Origin: Narcine bancroftii
Lineage: Eukaryota
Assembly (NCBI RefSeq): GCF_036971445.1
Contig: NC_091480.1
Span: forward strand, 80,786,001-80,850,000
Length of the DNA stretch: 64,000 bases
Direction of reading: 5' to 3'
Shown here: positions 50,536-62,227 of the stretch, in pieces
Position numbering within the stretch: position 1 is the first letter of the stretch
Layout: every line of letters starts with the position of its first letter
The notes under the pieces: generated by a model
What the model saw: the letters and a program-made list of their open reading frames with translations, nothing else
What the model was told of the DNA's origin: nothing
Databases searched by the model: none
Position numbers and translations under genes: made by a program

Positions 50536-51103
50536 TGTAATATGGAGCGTCACGTGACCCTACAAGCTGACACCTAGTCGGAAGTTGCATCACCTGTCAA
50601 TCAAGGTTGAGCTCCGCCCAGAAATTAGCATACACCTGACCACTGGCCCCTGTAATCACCTAACCCACACCGGGGCTGGATTCTCCAGCTGATTGCTCTA
50701 TAAAGCCCACCATGTGTGAACGATCTGCCTCTTTTCCCCTTGGACGAATCCCAGCTCCACTCCAAATTATGAGCCATGGGCGACATTGGAGAATTATTGG
50801 CAAGGTGTGCGCTGACAAAGGGTTGGGAGCTGCAGTGTGGTACACCTAAAGATCACAGTTATTCTAAGCCTAGTTTAGTGTAGTAAAGGGGCATGCCTGC
50901 ACTGTATCAAGGGGTGATGGGTATTGCATTTTTTCCTTGACTATAATGCTATTTGTCCACAGATGGTTGCAAGTATTGGGTAGATGTGATTGTAGTGTGT
51001 GTGTGTGTGTGTGTGTGTGTAAATAAAGATCACCGTTTTATCAGCCTGTGTTCAGACTTGCTGCTCTTGAGACCTGATGAACTTGTTTTTCCCTCATATA
51101 ACT
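50536..51103 (+). mobile_element. Solo LTR-like insert in a CR1 fragment, containing a (GT)n tract at 50996-51020
   Basis: tgtaatatg ... catataac inverted ends; TATA ctataaa about 50698; AATAAA about 51022. Confidence 0.55.
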
Positions 51104-51442
51104 GTGTCCCCTACAATAAAAGCCAACATTCTATTCACCTTCCTAACTACTTGCTGGACTTGTACTTCATGAACTTCCATTCGTACCACAAAGACTCTTA
51201 TTCCAATTCAGTAATCACTTGCTTTCTCATTCTCCCTTCCAAAATGGATAACCACTGATTTTCCTAAGGATCTTCCACATTTCTTTTCGGGAGAATGTAG
51301 ACCCGAGGACTTTGCATGGCTAGGTGGGGGCTCTGGGGTTCTACAGGCAGTGCTGCCCTTGTCCTCTTTGTGGTCCTGACCACGGGTCTTGCAGGAGTGG
51401 AGGAGGTTCGGCACGTAACTGGGATCCCTGTTCTCTTGGCAG

Positions 51443-51532
51443 GTGGACAAAAACCCACAAAATGCTGGTGGAACAGAAGATTCAAAAGAATAAGCTGGTG
51501 GAAGTCGTGAGGGAGTCGGACGCAGTGCTGAG
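51443..51532 (+). CDS. NT5C3B: NT5C3B exon 6
   Basis: ggcag|G WTKTHKMLVEQKIQKNKLVEVVRESDAVL AG|gtaaca; 90 nt. Confidence 0.95.
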
Positions 51533-51600
51533 GTAACAGAGTGAGCAGATGTGTGAGGGGCATGATGTCCATGACTCTGAAGGTGTGTGTTCAAGCCCAC

Positions 51601-51831
51601 TGTGATAGTAGACATTCTATCACCAATGTGTATATGTAGAGATGGTCGTGTAGGATGACTGTGATTGGCTGAGAGCGTAGCCACACCTACTGACAGTTCT
51701 TAAAGGGTTGCTCCTAGCCAGATCAGGTCATTCTGGGCTGGTCGACCTACATGTGATACGTTCCAGTCTTATAGTTAATAAAAGCCTTGGTTTGGATCTA
51801 CAAGCCTTTGATTCTTTGGATGTGCTCTACA
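51601..51831 (+). mobile_element. Short solo LTR, 231 bp
   Basis: TG...CA ends; 5-bp TSD CCCAC (51596-51600 and 51832-51836); gattggct box and AATAAA inside. Confidence 0.75.
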
Positions 51832-52469
51832 CCCACTCTGGAGATTTAAGTACGTTGCAGACTGACTCTCAGGAGTCTCCAAGACCAGGGGGCACAGCCT
51901 CAGAATAAAAGGATATCCCTTTGGAATAGAGATGAGGGAAAATATCTTCACCCAGAGGGAGGTGAAGCTGTGGCTTTTGTTACCACTGACAGCTGTGGAA
52001 ACCAAGACATTGGGTAGATTTAAAGCAAAAATTGATTCATTCTGGATTAAGATGTAAAAGGGAGAAGGCAAGAAAATGGTGGAGTGGCCTTGATGGGAAT
52101 GGCCTTACTCTGCTCCAATGCTTATACCAGTGCACTACTTAGGGAGTGCAGTGCTGATGGAGACACCATCTTTTATTGTGTAAAATTGATGAGATTCTCC
52201 CCTCGAAAGTTTATTCCCATTTGGAAAAAACAAGGGGGAATTCTCCCTGATGTCCTAGTTCATTTTTACCCCCATTCTTCACAAAATGTAACATTTGGAA
52301 TTAATCCCTGTTGCTATTGCTGTTCATACATTACAAAGTATTTGACTATCTGTGAAGATCTGGATGTAGTGAAAGGTTCTCTGGCACTTGCTCCTTGTTT
52401 TCAGCAAGGTTGTGGCACTGGATGTGTGTCTTTCTCTGGAATTTGTGATGTGACAACTTTCTCTTGTAG

Positions 52470-52632
52470 GGAGGGATACAAGGTATTCTTTGATAAACTT
52501 TACAAGTGCAAAATTCCTGTCTTCATATTTTCGGCTGGTGTTGGAGACGTTCTGAAGGAAATAATTCGCCAATTTGACGTCTATTACAAGAACATCACAG
52601 TGGTGTCTAACTTCATGGACTTTGACGAGAAT
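52470..52632 (+). CDS. NT5C3B: NT5C3B exon 7 (HAD motif II, FSAG)
   Basis: ttgtag|[38 protein letters not shown]|gtgagt; 163 nt. Confidence 0.96.
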
Positions 52633-53849
52633 GTGAGTGACCAGGAAGCAGGGGCAGGGCTTTACACAGGGTGGGGCTTCCTGGGTTCTGAGACTTTTCC
52701 CCAAGAGCTGACGGGTCGGGGTGGTGGGGGGTGGAAATTAGCGATGAAGCGGACTAGGTTTGATGAGGTCTTTGCCCCCTTTCCTTCTAGGCCATTTCAC
52801 GCTGAGGGATAGGGTGGGTGAGGATGGTGAAGGAGCGGGTAACAGGGCAATCCAGGTTACATATGTCATTGGGGTCCAACTGCAGATGCAACAAATAACC
52901 AGGATAGGAGTGATGATGACTCAATGGAATTATAGAGTATTCTGTACAGGTTTAGCCTCCTTATCTTAAAGATATACTTGCCACTAGACAGTTTATGGTA
53001 GGGTGGCCATTCCGAAGGAGGACATATATATGTGTGTGTTTGCTTTTGTTGTTTTTGCAATACCGTTTAAATCTTATTAAAATTATATCTTTATTTTTAT
53101 TATACACTGCATATAGTAACTTATGACCATTCTTCCTTTGGAATGGCCACCCTAGTTTTTGGTGAAGCTTCAGCAGACAGGTTCCAGGATGGAAGGTCTG
53201 AATACATCTCTATTTTCTGAAGGTTTAAGCTATGAAAAGCAGAAATTAAAGGAAGTGCTGACAACTGGGTGTTAACGACTTCGTCCGCCTGCACACACGA
53301 GGAGTTAGCAAGCACTGGAGAATTACTGTAACACTCTTATCTCCTGCTTTTGGTTGGTGATTTCTGTGTATATAGCTTGGAGTGTTCGTCCAAGAGATGG
53401 TGCCTGTCTTCATTTTAAAATGGAGTTTGCCCTCTCCAGGGGCCTGGTTCCAGTACTAGAGTGAAAATGAGATAAGACTATCTAGTGAGTCCCATTCCAG
53501 GAATGTTTGTCTGCTGATGTGTTTCTAAACTGCAGCAGAGAATGCTCTTCGTGGATGATAGGGGTTCGGTGGTTGTGGGACATGGCGAGACCATGAGTGG
53601 TGGTCAGTGAGAGGAGTGCAAATAGAACCATAGAACACTACTGCACAGAAACAGGCCCTTCAGCACATCTCGTCCGTGCCAAACTATTTTACTGCCTTGT
53701 TCAATTGACTTGCACTTCCCATCCATACCTAGCCAATCTTCTCATATTGAAATTGAATCCACATCCCCCACCTCTACCAGCAGATGGGGAATAACTGCAA
53801 ACTGTGCAAGCTGCTGGCTCTTCTTGTTCCTTGGTTTCTTTCCACCTAG

Positions 53850-54050
53850 GGGTTTCTGCGAGGCTTTAAGGGTGAACTGATCCATATCTACAACAAAGGG
53901 GAAGTGGTTCTGCGGAACACTGACTACTTCCAGCAACTGACCAACTGTAGCAATGTCATTCTCCTCGGAGACTCTCTCGGGGACCTCAGGATGGCTGAAG
54001 GAGTCCAGAGTCTGGAGAACATCCTGAAGATTGGATTCCTGAATGAGAAG
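53850..54050 (+). CDS. NT5C3B: NT5C3B exon 8 (motif III Lys and motif IV GDSxGD)
   Basis: cctag|[16 protein letters not shown]...[28 protein letters not shown]|gtgagc; 201 nt. Confidence 0.96.
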
Positions 54051-55534
54051 GTGAGCAGAGAGGCCACACAACCCACTCGCATGTAGCTCAAAGAGGAGGC
54101 TTCCTACAACCAGAAGGGGATAATTCAGGCACCATTCATGTTAGGATCAAGAGGAGGCAGTTCAGCCCTTCGAAATGGTTCTGCCATTCTTTGAAGTAGT
54201 AACATGTTGTAGATGGATGTCCAACACTTTGGTTTCCAGAACAGCAAATGAAAAGCTCATGGCCAGATAAATTTTTATATAGTATTATTGAGGAATTAAG
54301 GCATATGGGGAGAGATGAGCCTATCATCAGATCAGCTATGATCTCATTGAATGGTGGAGCAGGCCTGACGGGCTGGATGGCTGACTTCTGCTCCTATTTG
54401 TTATGTTTTTATGGTCCAGGAGTTAACATATTGATGGCTAACTTGATTTAGGTGTTTTCCTGGTTGTAACAAATAGAGTGAGAGTGCTGGGGCCTCAATC
54501 TTACAATGTACAGAAAAGACTTGATTGAAGGTGTCGAAGGTATTGTTTTAGATCTTCTGATTATACCAAGTGAGGTGGAAAGGTAGGTTGTGAAGAGGAC
54601 AATGGGCTGCAAAGACATAAAATCATGAAGGACATCTTGGCTGTCTTTTCCCAAAAAATGGCAGTCCAATACTAGAGGGCACAGGTTCAGGGTGAGAGAA
54701 GGAAAGATCTAACTAAGACCCGAGGATGGTACCCACATGGAATGAGGTGCCAGAGGGAGTGGGAGAAGCAGAGACATTTAAAATATATTTGTATCCGCAC
54801 GTGTCAGAAGGGTGATGGGTCAGAGGGGTAAGAGCCAAATGCTGACAAATAGGACCAGCTCAGGTAGACACCTTGATTGGTGTGGTCGTCCGCTTCTGGG
54901 CTGTATGACTTTGGATAGGTTGCGTAAATGAGCAAAGATTATTCATAAAATGTTAAAATCTGGAATTAATGTTATCCAAGAGGTGAGGGATGGCAGAGAT
55001 TTGAGTTGCAGTGCAGTCGGGCCACTTTAGTGGATGAAATGCAGCAAACTAGTACATGGTTACAGCAAGTAATTGGGAACGTTACGGAACATTGTAGTTT
55101 ACCGCAATGAGATTCAGGTGGGGTGGGTTGTGCTTCAGATATCCCCTTGCTTCTTAGGCAGTCCTTCAGTAAAGATATTAGAAGTATCTTGTACAATACT
55201 GGTCTTTCTACTTAAATGAAGGGTGTAAATGCATTGAAAGCAGGTCAGAGTTTATGCCAGATTACTAGTTGGAATGGGAGGTGACTTATGAGAAAAGGTT
55301 GGACAGACCAGGTCTGTACCTGGACAAGGATGAGGAGGTGGAAGGCAAACTGATAGTTGCTGGCATCATCGTGTCTTACTTGAGCAGAGGTGGACATCAT
55401 AGCTGCGTTTCCCACTCTGTAGCCTTGAGAATCTCCGTGAATCCCTCTTTTCTTCTGTCCCAAAGAAATTTGGAGATTGTAAGATAAATCGCACACTCAT
55501 TTTACCTTTGTTCTGCCCCTTGATAATTCTACAG

Positions 55535-55675
55535 GTTGATCAGTTCCTGGACACGTACCTGGCCTCCTTTGACATTGTCCTTGTGAATGACGAGACCTTG
55601 GAGGTGGTGAATGCAATTCTACAGCATGTTCTCCAGCCTGCCCCATCCTCACATTCTGGTGAGGGCAGCAGTTAG
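55535..55675 (+). CDS. NT5C3B: NT5C3B exon 9 (last)
   Basis: ctacag|VDQFLDTYLASFDIVLVNDETLEVVNAILQHVLQPAPSSHSGEGSS*. Confidence 0.93.
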   Translation, partial: VDQFLDTYLASFDIVLVNDETLEVVNAILQHVLQPAPSSHSGEGSS

Positions 55676-55838
55676 ACATCCAGGTGACAGAGTTAATTGC
55701 ATAGCCACTGTTGGTGCAGGTTTAGAGGGGATTCCCCAAGTTTTATTAACATAGACTGCAATGTTTAAGAAAGGAGCTTCTCTTCAAGCAGACTGTACAA
55801 TTGGAGCCTCAATGATGTATTTTAAAATGAGTGGAGAT

Positions 55839-56924
55839 CACTGGCGTCACTAGGGGGGTGCAGACTGCCCCGGGTGACACCATCAGAGGGGGTGACGCCA
55901 AAATGACTGTCTATAAAATTTTTGTGCAGTGATTCAGCAGAAATGTATTATTTTTATAAAAATACCCCTGTAGTTAGTTATAACAACAAAAACATTTTTC
56001 ATAAGCCCATCTTACATGTATCAATATACGCAAGAGGCTAAAACTCGATGCTAATTTACTTTTTGAACCTTCCAATGTGCTCCGGTCAGAGCTGTCATTA
56101 TTACCCAATTACAATGACGCTTCGAATCACATGATTTGGTCTGGACGTGCTACAAGCACACACTGTTGTTTTCATTGCTGCTGTGCGTATGATATTGTAA
56201 TGTAATGGTGTAATTTTAATTTTGCTAGTTGTTTATCTCACCACTATTGCCGTTACGTTCAGTGATGGATGGGAATTACGATTTACGAGTGACATTAATA
56301 CAAAAAAGGTGCAGGTTGGGGGAAATCACTTCGCTCAGCACCTTCTCTCCATCTGCAACCTCCCAGTAGTTGACCACTTCAATTCTGAGACACGTTCCCA
56401 AGCTCACATGTTTGTCCATGGCCTTATGTACTGTCCCACCCTGACCACCCAACAGACCGAGGAACAACACCTTATTTTCTGTCTGGGCCCCCTCCAGCCA
56501 GATGACATTAATATCAACTTCTCTGCTTTCTGCTAAACTTGCTCGCCTTTTCTTTGTCTTTCCAGTTCTCCCCTCCCTTCCCCCTTACCTATCCATCCCT
56601 CTTCCCCCTCATCACTGCTGTCCCCTCCCCCTCACCCTTTTGTTCGGATGCCTGCCGGCATTCTCTCATTCCTTGATGAAGGGCTCAAGGCTGAAACGTC
56701 AGTGATGTATCTCTACCGTTGCTACATAAAGGTCACTGTTTGACCTGTTGAGCTTCTCCAGCATTTTGTGTTTTTACTTCAACCACAATGTCTACAGATT
56801 TTCATGATTTACTTTTTCCTTAATACAAAAAAAATTACTAAAGATTCTGGTATGGGAGGAGGTCCATGTTGGGGGGTGGTAACACCATGAGTACAGGGTG
56901 ACACCAACCCTAGTGACGCCATTG
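55839..56924. mobile_element. Non-autonomous hAT transposon with a nested Penelope-like tail (about 56310-56815)
   Basis: TIRs cactggcgtcactaggg / ccctagtgacgccattg; perfect 8-bp TSD GTGGAGAT (55831-55838 and 56925-56932); subterminal ggtgacacc repeats. Confidence 0.88.
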
Positions 56925-57077
56925 GTGGAGATTGTAGAGTTGTGTGTCTTCTTTAATCAATGTTGTGTGTCTTGGTGTGGATGAATTGTGTATTAAAAGG
57001 AAAACGTTGTGGTAAATTTAAAACTTACAACAAAGTGTTGACTCAAGTTCTCATTGAAGTTTCTGACATTCAGTTTA

Positions 57078-57083
57078 AATAAA
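57078..57083 (+). terminator. Candidate NT5C3B polyA signal
   Basis: AATAAA downstream of the hAT insert and before the FKBP10 3' end. Confidence 0.5.
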
Positions 57084-57555
57084 CTGTTTCAACATGAAAT
57101 TAGGTCTCCAACTGACTGTCTACCTGTTGGTACTGCAATTTGAGCAAAAGGATGTGGATTGATCTTTAAGTTGGTGTGGGTTTGATGCTCTAGACCTTGC
57201 CCTGGAGCCCACCTTCCCCTTCAGTTCACTCATTCCAGGTCCCAGCTGTTGCCTGGGATTTGCTGTGGATCGCACCGCCAGGGGGAACAGGTCCTGACAT
57301 TGAGTCCATTCTGGGAATAAGTAACATCATAAATGAGCAAATTCCCAATTGCTTCACTGGGATTGGAAACCCACTAATACCTGAGTGAGGTGAGTCCAAT
57401 CCAATTCTAAAATGGGCGAATAGTTTCCCCAAGTTGGGAGCACCAGTGCAGAAAGTGAGGGGCCGTTTGAAGCTACCACAACCAGGCAATGAACATGCAC
57501 ATTGTACAATCCAACAGTTCATTCAAGGCCACTTTTTTTTTTTAAAAAGAAACCA

Positions 57556-57561
57556 TTTATT
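57556..57561 (-). terminator. Candidate FKBP10 polyA signal
   Basis: TTTATT on +, about 800 nt past the FKBP10 stop. Confidence 0.5.
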
Positions 57562-58354
57562 TAAACTTCCTCCAACACTGGGAGTTCTCCTCCCCTAGCT
57601 ACACAGTACCAAGAGATCATCATTCCAATGAAATCAGGAAATCAGAAATACTCCGCACAAACTTCACTCACACAATGAAAAAAAGGCCATAGAAAACAAC
57701 AAGGATCGTCACATACACAAAAAGGTGACCTGCAGCTTAACAGCATTGGAAGTCAGCAGTGGGTAATGCAGAAGTCACTCTGAGCAACAACTCCTGCCCC
57801 CAAACCAGCAACACAGAGAAATTTCAACCCAGCCAGGCCCTGGTAGAGGAAGTTCCCACCCTGAACAGGATGGTTCTCCCTCCCAGAGCTCTGCCTGGCG
57901 TGGCTCATTCTCCAATCTGAGGTTCCTGCTACTGGAGTTGTCTGAAACTGGAGAAGGGACTTTTCTTCAGGGCACTTCCATTCAAGGCAAGCGCTGGCAG
58001 CTGTGGGCCACAGAGACACAGACCCTTACTGCAGTCCCCTGAGAACGCCAAACTTTCACAGGCACTGGGCTGATCATTTCAGCTCCATACAATTTTACAA
58101 CCACTCCCTCCTTAATCACCACTAAATCTTGTGTAGATTGAATAATAGCAATTTCCGCTGCCCTAACACAATGGTCTGGATGGTCTGATGCAGAACAACC
58201 TGGAAGGAACAATTTAGGAAAGGCCAAGAAAGACAGATAATATCTGATTAAAACAACTCATGGAACAGATTGGAGCTGGGAACCGTTCCAACCAGTGCAG
58301 TACCTGCAGGGCTCCTGCTGTGGGAAGCTGTGGAAAATTTTACTTTTATGGTCT

Positions 58355-58543
58355 TTACAGTTCATCCTTCATCCTACGCTCAACATCCTCCTCAGTCTTT
58401 AGTTTCAGCTCCTCGGCTGTGATCTTCCCATCTTTGTTACGGTCCTGGTTCCCAAACATGTCCTTTATCAACTTGTCGGGCTCCTCGGTCGGGGAAAGGC
58501 GCCCTTTGCCTTGCTCCACCTGTGCCACAATGTAACTAGAAAA
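58355..58543 (-). CDS. FKBP10: FKBP10 (FKBP65) last exon: EF-hand 2 and ER-retention signal KDEL
   Basis: tgcag|[43 protein letters not shown]; FKBP10 rather than FKBP9 on synteny. Confidence 0.9.
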   Translation of the reverse strand, partial: FSSYIVAQVEQGKGRLSPTEEPDKLIKDMFGNQDRNKDGKITAEELKLKTEEDVERRMKDEL

Positions 58544-59532
58544 CTGCACAAACACAAAACCACAGGCAGAAATGTCAGCAAATCACCCTGGGCTTAACCT
58601 CTCGACACCAAGACTGGCTGGTGTCCCATCACAGCCCTCCCCTGCCACAGGGGCATTGAGTAAGGTTCCACAGGAAATTGGGAGGGGGTGGGGTGGTGAA
58701 GACAGCCAGGTGAAGGAAGAAAACAGTGAACGGGAAGGAAGTGGGTGCAAGGATGAGGGATGGAGGGGCTTGGGGGAAGATGAAGGTTCAGTGAGAGGGT
58801 TGGGAGGGCAAATGGATTGGAGAGAGGGGTTGGTTTTGTGTGAGGGAGGGAAGATGGTGAGAGTGGAAATGGTGCTCACCAAATCTGGTTCTGGACTGTA
58901 AACTAGATTAAATTATTCAGACTCCCATTGGCCAATCTTATTAGGATTAATCCAATCCAACAAAAGCCTAGCAGAGGGATAAATGGTATTTTCCTGGTTT
59001 TAGCAAATGGAAATGGGAGTACTGCAGTCTCAACGACTTCCAACTTTCCTCAGACAAAAGTGCCAAAGGTTTGGTTTTGGATGTTCCAAGTGAGCTGGGA
59101 AGGCAACTTGGGAAGAGGACAAACAGCAAGGGATATAGATTGGTGTAGAGAAGCATGAGCAGAATTCTCTCTCACTTTCCATGAACTGGTGATGGAGGAC
59201 CTGATTCAAACTTTTAGATTATGGAGCAGCATTGACCAGACAGAACTGGACAGTCACGTCCATCTGCATCTTGGGATAATCAAAGTGTCGAGCATGTACG
59301 TCACAGTAAAATGACTTAACCGACTTCTTTCATAAGTAGCTGTCACCCAAGACCTCTGTGTACTTGACCCAAAATAACACCTAAGTGCTCACATTTTACA
59401 ATCTCATCCCTGTTTACAAAGCCCTTTGTAACCTCACCTCATCGCTGAAACCATGCACTCCAACTACTGTCCAAGAGCTCTCTCTTTTCTCTCCTCCACC
59501 AACAACCTCCTTCAGGCCCTGAGCACTTACAT

Positions 59533-59770
59533 TTTAAATTTAGACACGCAGCACGGTAACAGGCCCTTTCGGCCCACGAGCCCATGCCTCCCAATTACAT
59601 CCAACTGACCTACAAGCCCGGTACATTTTGAACAGTGGGAGGAAACCGGAGCACTTGGAGGAAACCCACGTAGACATGGGAAGAACGTACAAATTCCTTA
59701 CAAACAGGATGGGATTTGAACCCTGGTCCTGATTGCTGGCACTGTAACAGCATTACACTTACTCCTCTGC
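59533..59770 (-). mobile_element. SINE (V-SINE-like)
   Basis: tttaaatttagacacgcagcacggtaacaggccc..ggaggaaaccggagcac.tggaggaaacccac. Confidence 0.72.
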
Positions 59771-60035
59771 TACCCCAAAACCTCTCTACCCCACGTAAAT
59801 CCCTCGCCTGTCTCCAAAAGCTGCCTCCTTTGATTCGGTTTGGTTTGGGTCAGTGTCACTGATGGTCTGACTGCCTCCTTGAAGCACCTTGAGACATGGA
59901 TTGATGAATGTTCATTACGGGATAATTCTGTGATAAAGGGTTGATTGGTATGGAAATATGGAGGTGTGGATGGACTGGGCCTGAATGACCAAGGAGTCAT
60001 CAGAATAAGGATCAAAACTGGTGATAGCATCTTAC

Positions 60036-60199
60036 CTCTTCAAATAAGATCTCTCCATCTTTGTTGAGGTCCAGTTCCTCGTGAAGTTTGGCCGGTGCAT
60101 CACCATTCCAGACAAACAGGTAACCATCTGGGACTCCAGCCTTCAGTTCAAGCAGCTCGATGTCAAATACCAGCACTGCACTCCCAGGTACGTTTCCAG
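60036..60199 (-). CDS. FKBP10: FKBP10 penultimate exon (end of the last PPIase domain and EF-hand 1)
   Basis: cacag|(A)GNVPGSAVLVFDIELLELKAGVPDGYLFVWNGD..DLNKDGEILFEE|gtaaga; 164 nt. Confidence 0.93.
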
Positions 60200-60394
60200 C
60201 TGTGGTTGAGTTAGTGATATGAGAGTTAATGGGATTGAATTCCTGCCCTAAACCTGTCCCATGGAAGACACTTGAACTGGACTCAAACAAGTCAAAAACT
60301 AAATACACAACCAGCGAGTATCTCATCTCCATTGGTTCAGCAATGCACAAGTTTTGATTAAGGATGTGATGCAGCCTTTCAAATTTTAAATATA

Positions 60395-60625
60395 AATTTT
60401 AGACATACAGGTAACAGGCCCTATTGGCCCACGAGCCCGTGAAGTCCGACTGCATCCAATCGACCTACATCCCCTGGTATTTTTATGAGGGAGGGAGGAA
60501 ACCAGAGCATCCAGAGGAAACCCACATAGACACAGGGAAAACATACAAACTCCTTACAGACAGCCTGGGATTCAAACTCTGGTCCTGGTCGCCGGCGCTG
60601 TAACAATGTTGTACTAACCATGATG
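60395..60625 (-). mobile_element. SINE (V-SINE-like)
   Basis: ttttagacatacaggtaacaggccc..ggaggaaaccagagcatccagaggaaacccac. Confidence 0.7.
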
Positions 60626-60704
60626 CCTTGCAGAGATCAGTTCATCAGTTCTTATTGGCAAGGATATAAAGGTGGACAGGTGTGGCTAAGATACAGATTT
60701 TCTA

Positions 60705-61382
60705 CTCCCATTTGCACTCATGTAACAGTTGATACCCTGTAAAAGTTGACAACTCTATTTTTGGCCCAAAAATCTTGTATTTTCCATATATTGCATGTAA
60801 AATTCAACCCCTCTCTCTATTTTTGGCTCAGGCTACAGGCGCCTATCTAGGGTATGGCGGCAGGGCACGTGACTGGGGTGCCACATGAAGGGAGGTGCTC
60901 CTCCATCCCCCACTCAACGCTGCCGCCACCCCGGACAAACAAAGAATACGCACCTGTTTCTTCCATGCTTGGTACACTCGCCCTCCCTCCTCGTCCTAGC
61001 ATTCACTTTCAATTATACAATGCCAAATACAACACGGAGGACAGCAAGGCCAGGTCTCACGAGACCGCCTTGTCGTCATTTATTTTGATGCATTGGCCAC
61101 CCCTGCCAATAGACGCTATTTTGCCTGCCCACTGAGCTCCCAACGCCCCGAGTGTGGAATTACCATCCATCCTTGGCTGCCCGCCCATCCATGCTCCAGA
61201 TGCCCTGAACGTGGACTTACCATCCAGTCCCGGCCGCCCGCCTGCCTACCTGAACTCCTGATGACTTAAATGATGCAGATACTTACCATGGTCAAAAGTA
61301 GAATGCATGTAATAGTCGACCCTCTAAATTTTACCCTAAAATCGATCTACAAAATTCAACTATTACATGAATGTATATGGTA
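60705..61382. mobile_element. Non-autonomous Tc1/mariner (pogo-like) element
   Basis: Imperfect TIRs (cactcatgtaacagttga versus tcaactattacatgaatgtatatggta); right end shared with 1-122. Confidence 0.55.
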
Positions 61383-61692
61383 ACTAAAACCTAGACTCAT
61401 ACCATTGCTTAAGCTGAGTAGGTAGAGTGGATGGAGAGAATTTTGAGGGCAATTACAAAGCAAACAACGTTTATGTTTCTGTATTAAATTATTGATCTAC
61501 AAACAGGAAATGACAGGCTTTGCCAGTGTCAGGCAGGGAATGTGTCAGAGACAGTCAGTGAAACACATTCATAACTGAGCATCGCTGGCAGTGAATGCTC
61601 CTGGTGGTGCTGGAGCTGGGGTTTGATAGTAGTAGTAGTAGAGGGGTGGACCTTCAGTGGTGAGGGGGCTAGAATTAGATGTGGATGTAAAT

Positions 61693-61881
61693 CAGGTTAG
61701 GAAGGCAGGTTAATGGGTTATGAAGACAGGTTACCGGGTGAGGAAGGCAGGTTACCGGGTGAGGAAGGCAGGTTACCGGGTGAGGAAGGCAGGTTACCGG
61801 GTGAGGAAGGCAGGTTACCGGGTGAGGAAGGCAGGTTACCGGGTGAGGAAGGCAGGTTACCGGGTGAGGAAGGCAGGTTAC
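61693..61881 (+). repeat. 21-bp minisatellite (CAGGTTACCGGGTGAGGAAGG)n, about 7 perfect units plus degenerate ones
   Basis: Read directly; source of the TCLPHPV and RLPGEEG repeat ORFs. Confidence 0.92.
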
Positions 61882-62084
61882 TATTTGCTCAGGATATGAA
61901 TCATGTGGAGTGAGGTCAGTAATGCGAAGGGATGGCAGGAGAAACGTCTTCAGATGTGTGCAATGATGGAGAGGATCTACCACCCCTACAACCCGAATGA
62001 ACTCCTGAATTTCACCAATGTGTGCACATCTGTCAAAAAACCAGTGGCAGGGTAGCAGAGACAAAATCAGACAGCTCTCCTCAC

Positions 62085-62227
62085 CTCCATTCTCTCCATG
62101 TCCAAGATGTGGTGGGATTGTCAAAATCCGTCTTTCCCCAATGCACATTTCCAACATTCCTTGGCTCAATCCTGTGATCATTTTGGAGGAGCCCAGGGTC
62201 AAAGACTGTGGAGCATCATAATCACGG
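62085..62227 (-). CDS. FKBP10: FKBP10 exon (FKBP-type PPIase domain)
   Basis: ttgtag|[49 protein letters not shown]|gtgagg; 143 nt. Confidence 0.93.

Noticed and set aside
52084-52812. 242-aa ORF as a single CDS
   Set aside because: Only 52470-52632 is cN-III-like and bounded by splice sites; the rest is intronic read-through.
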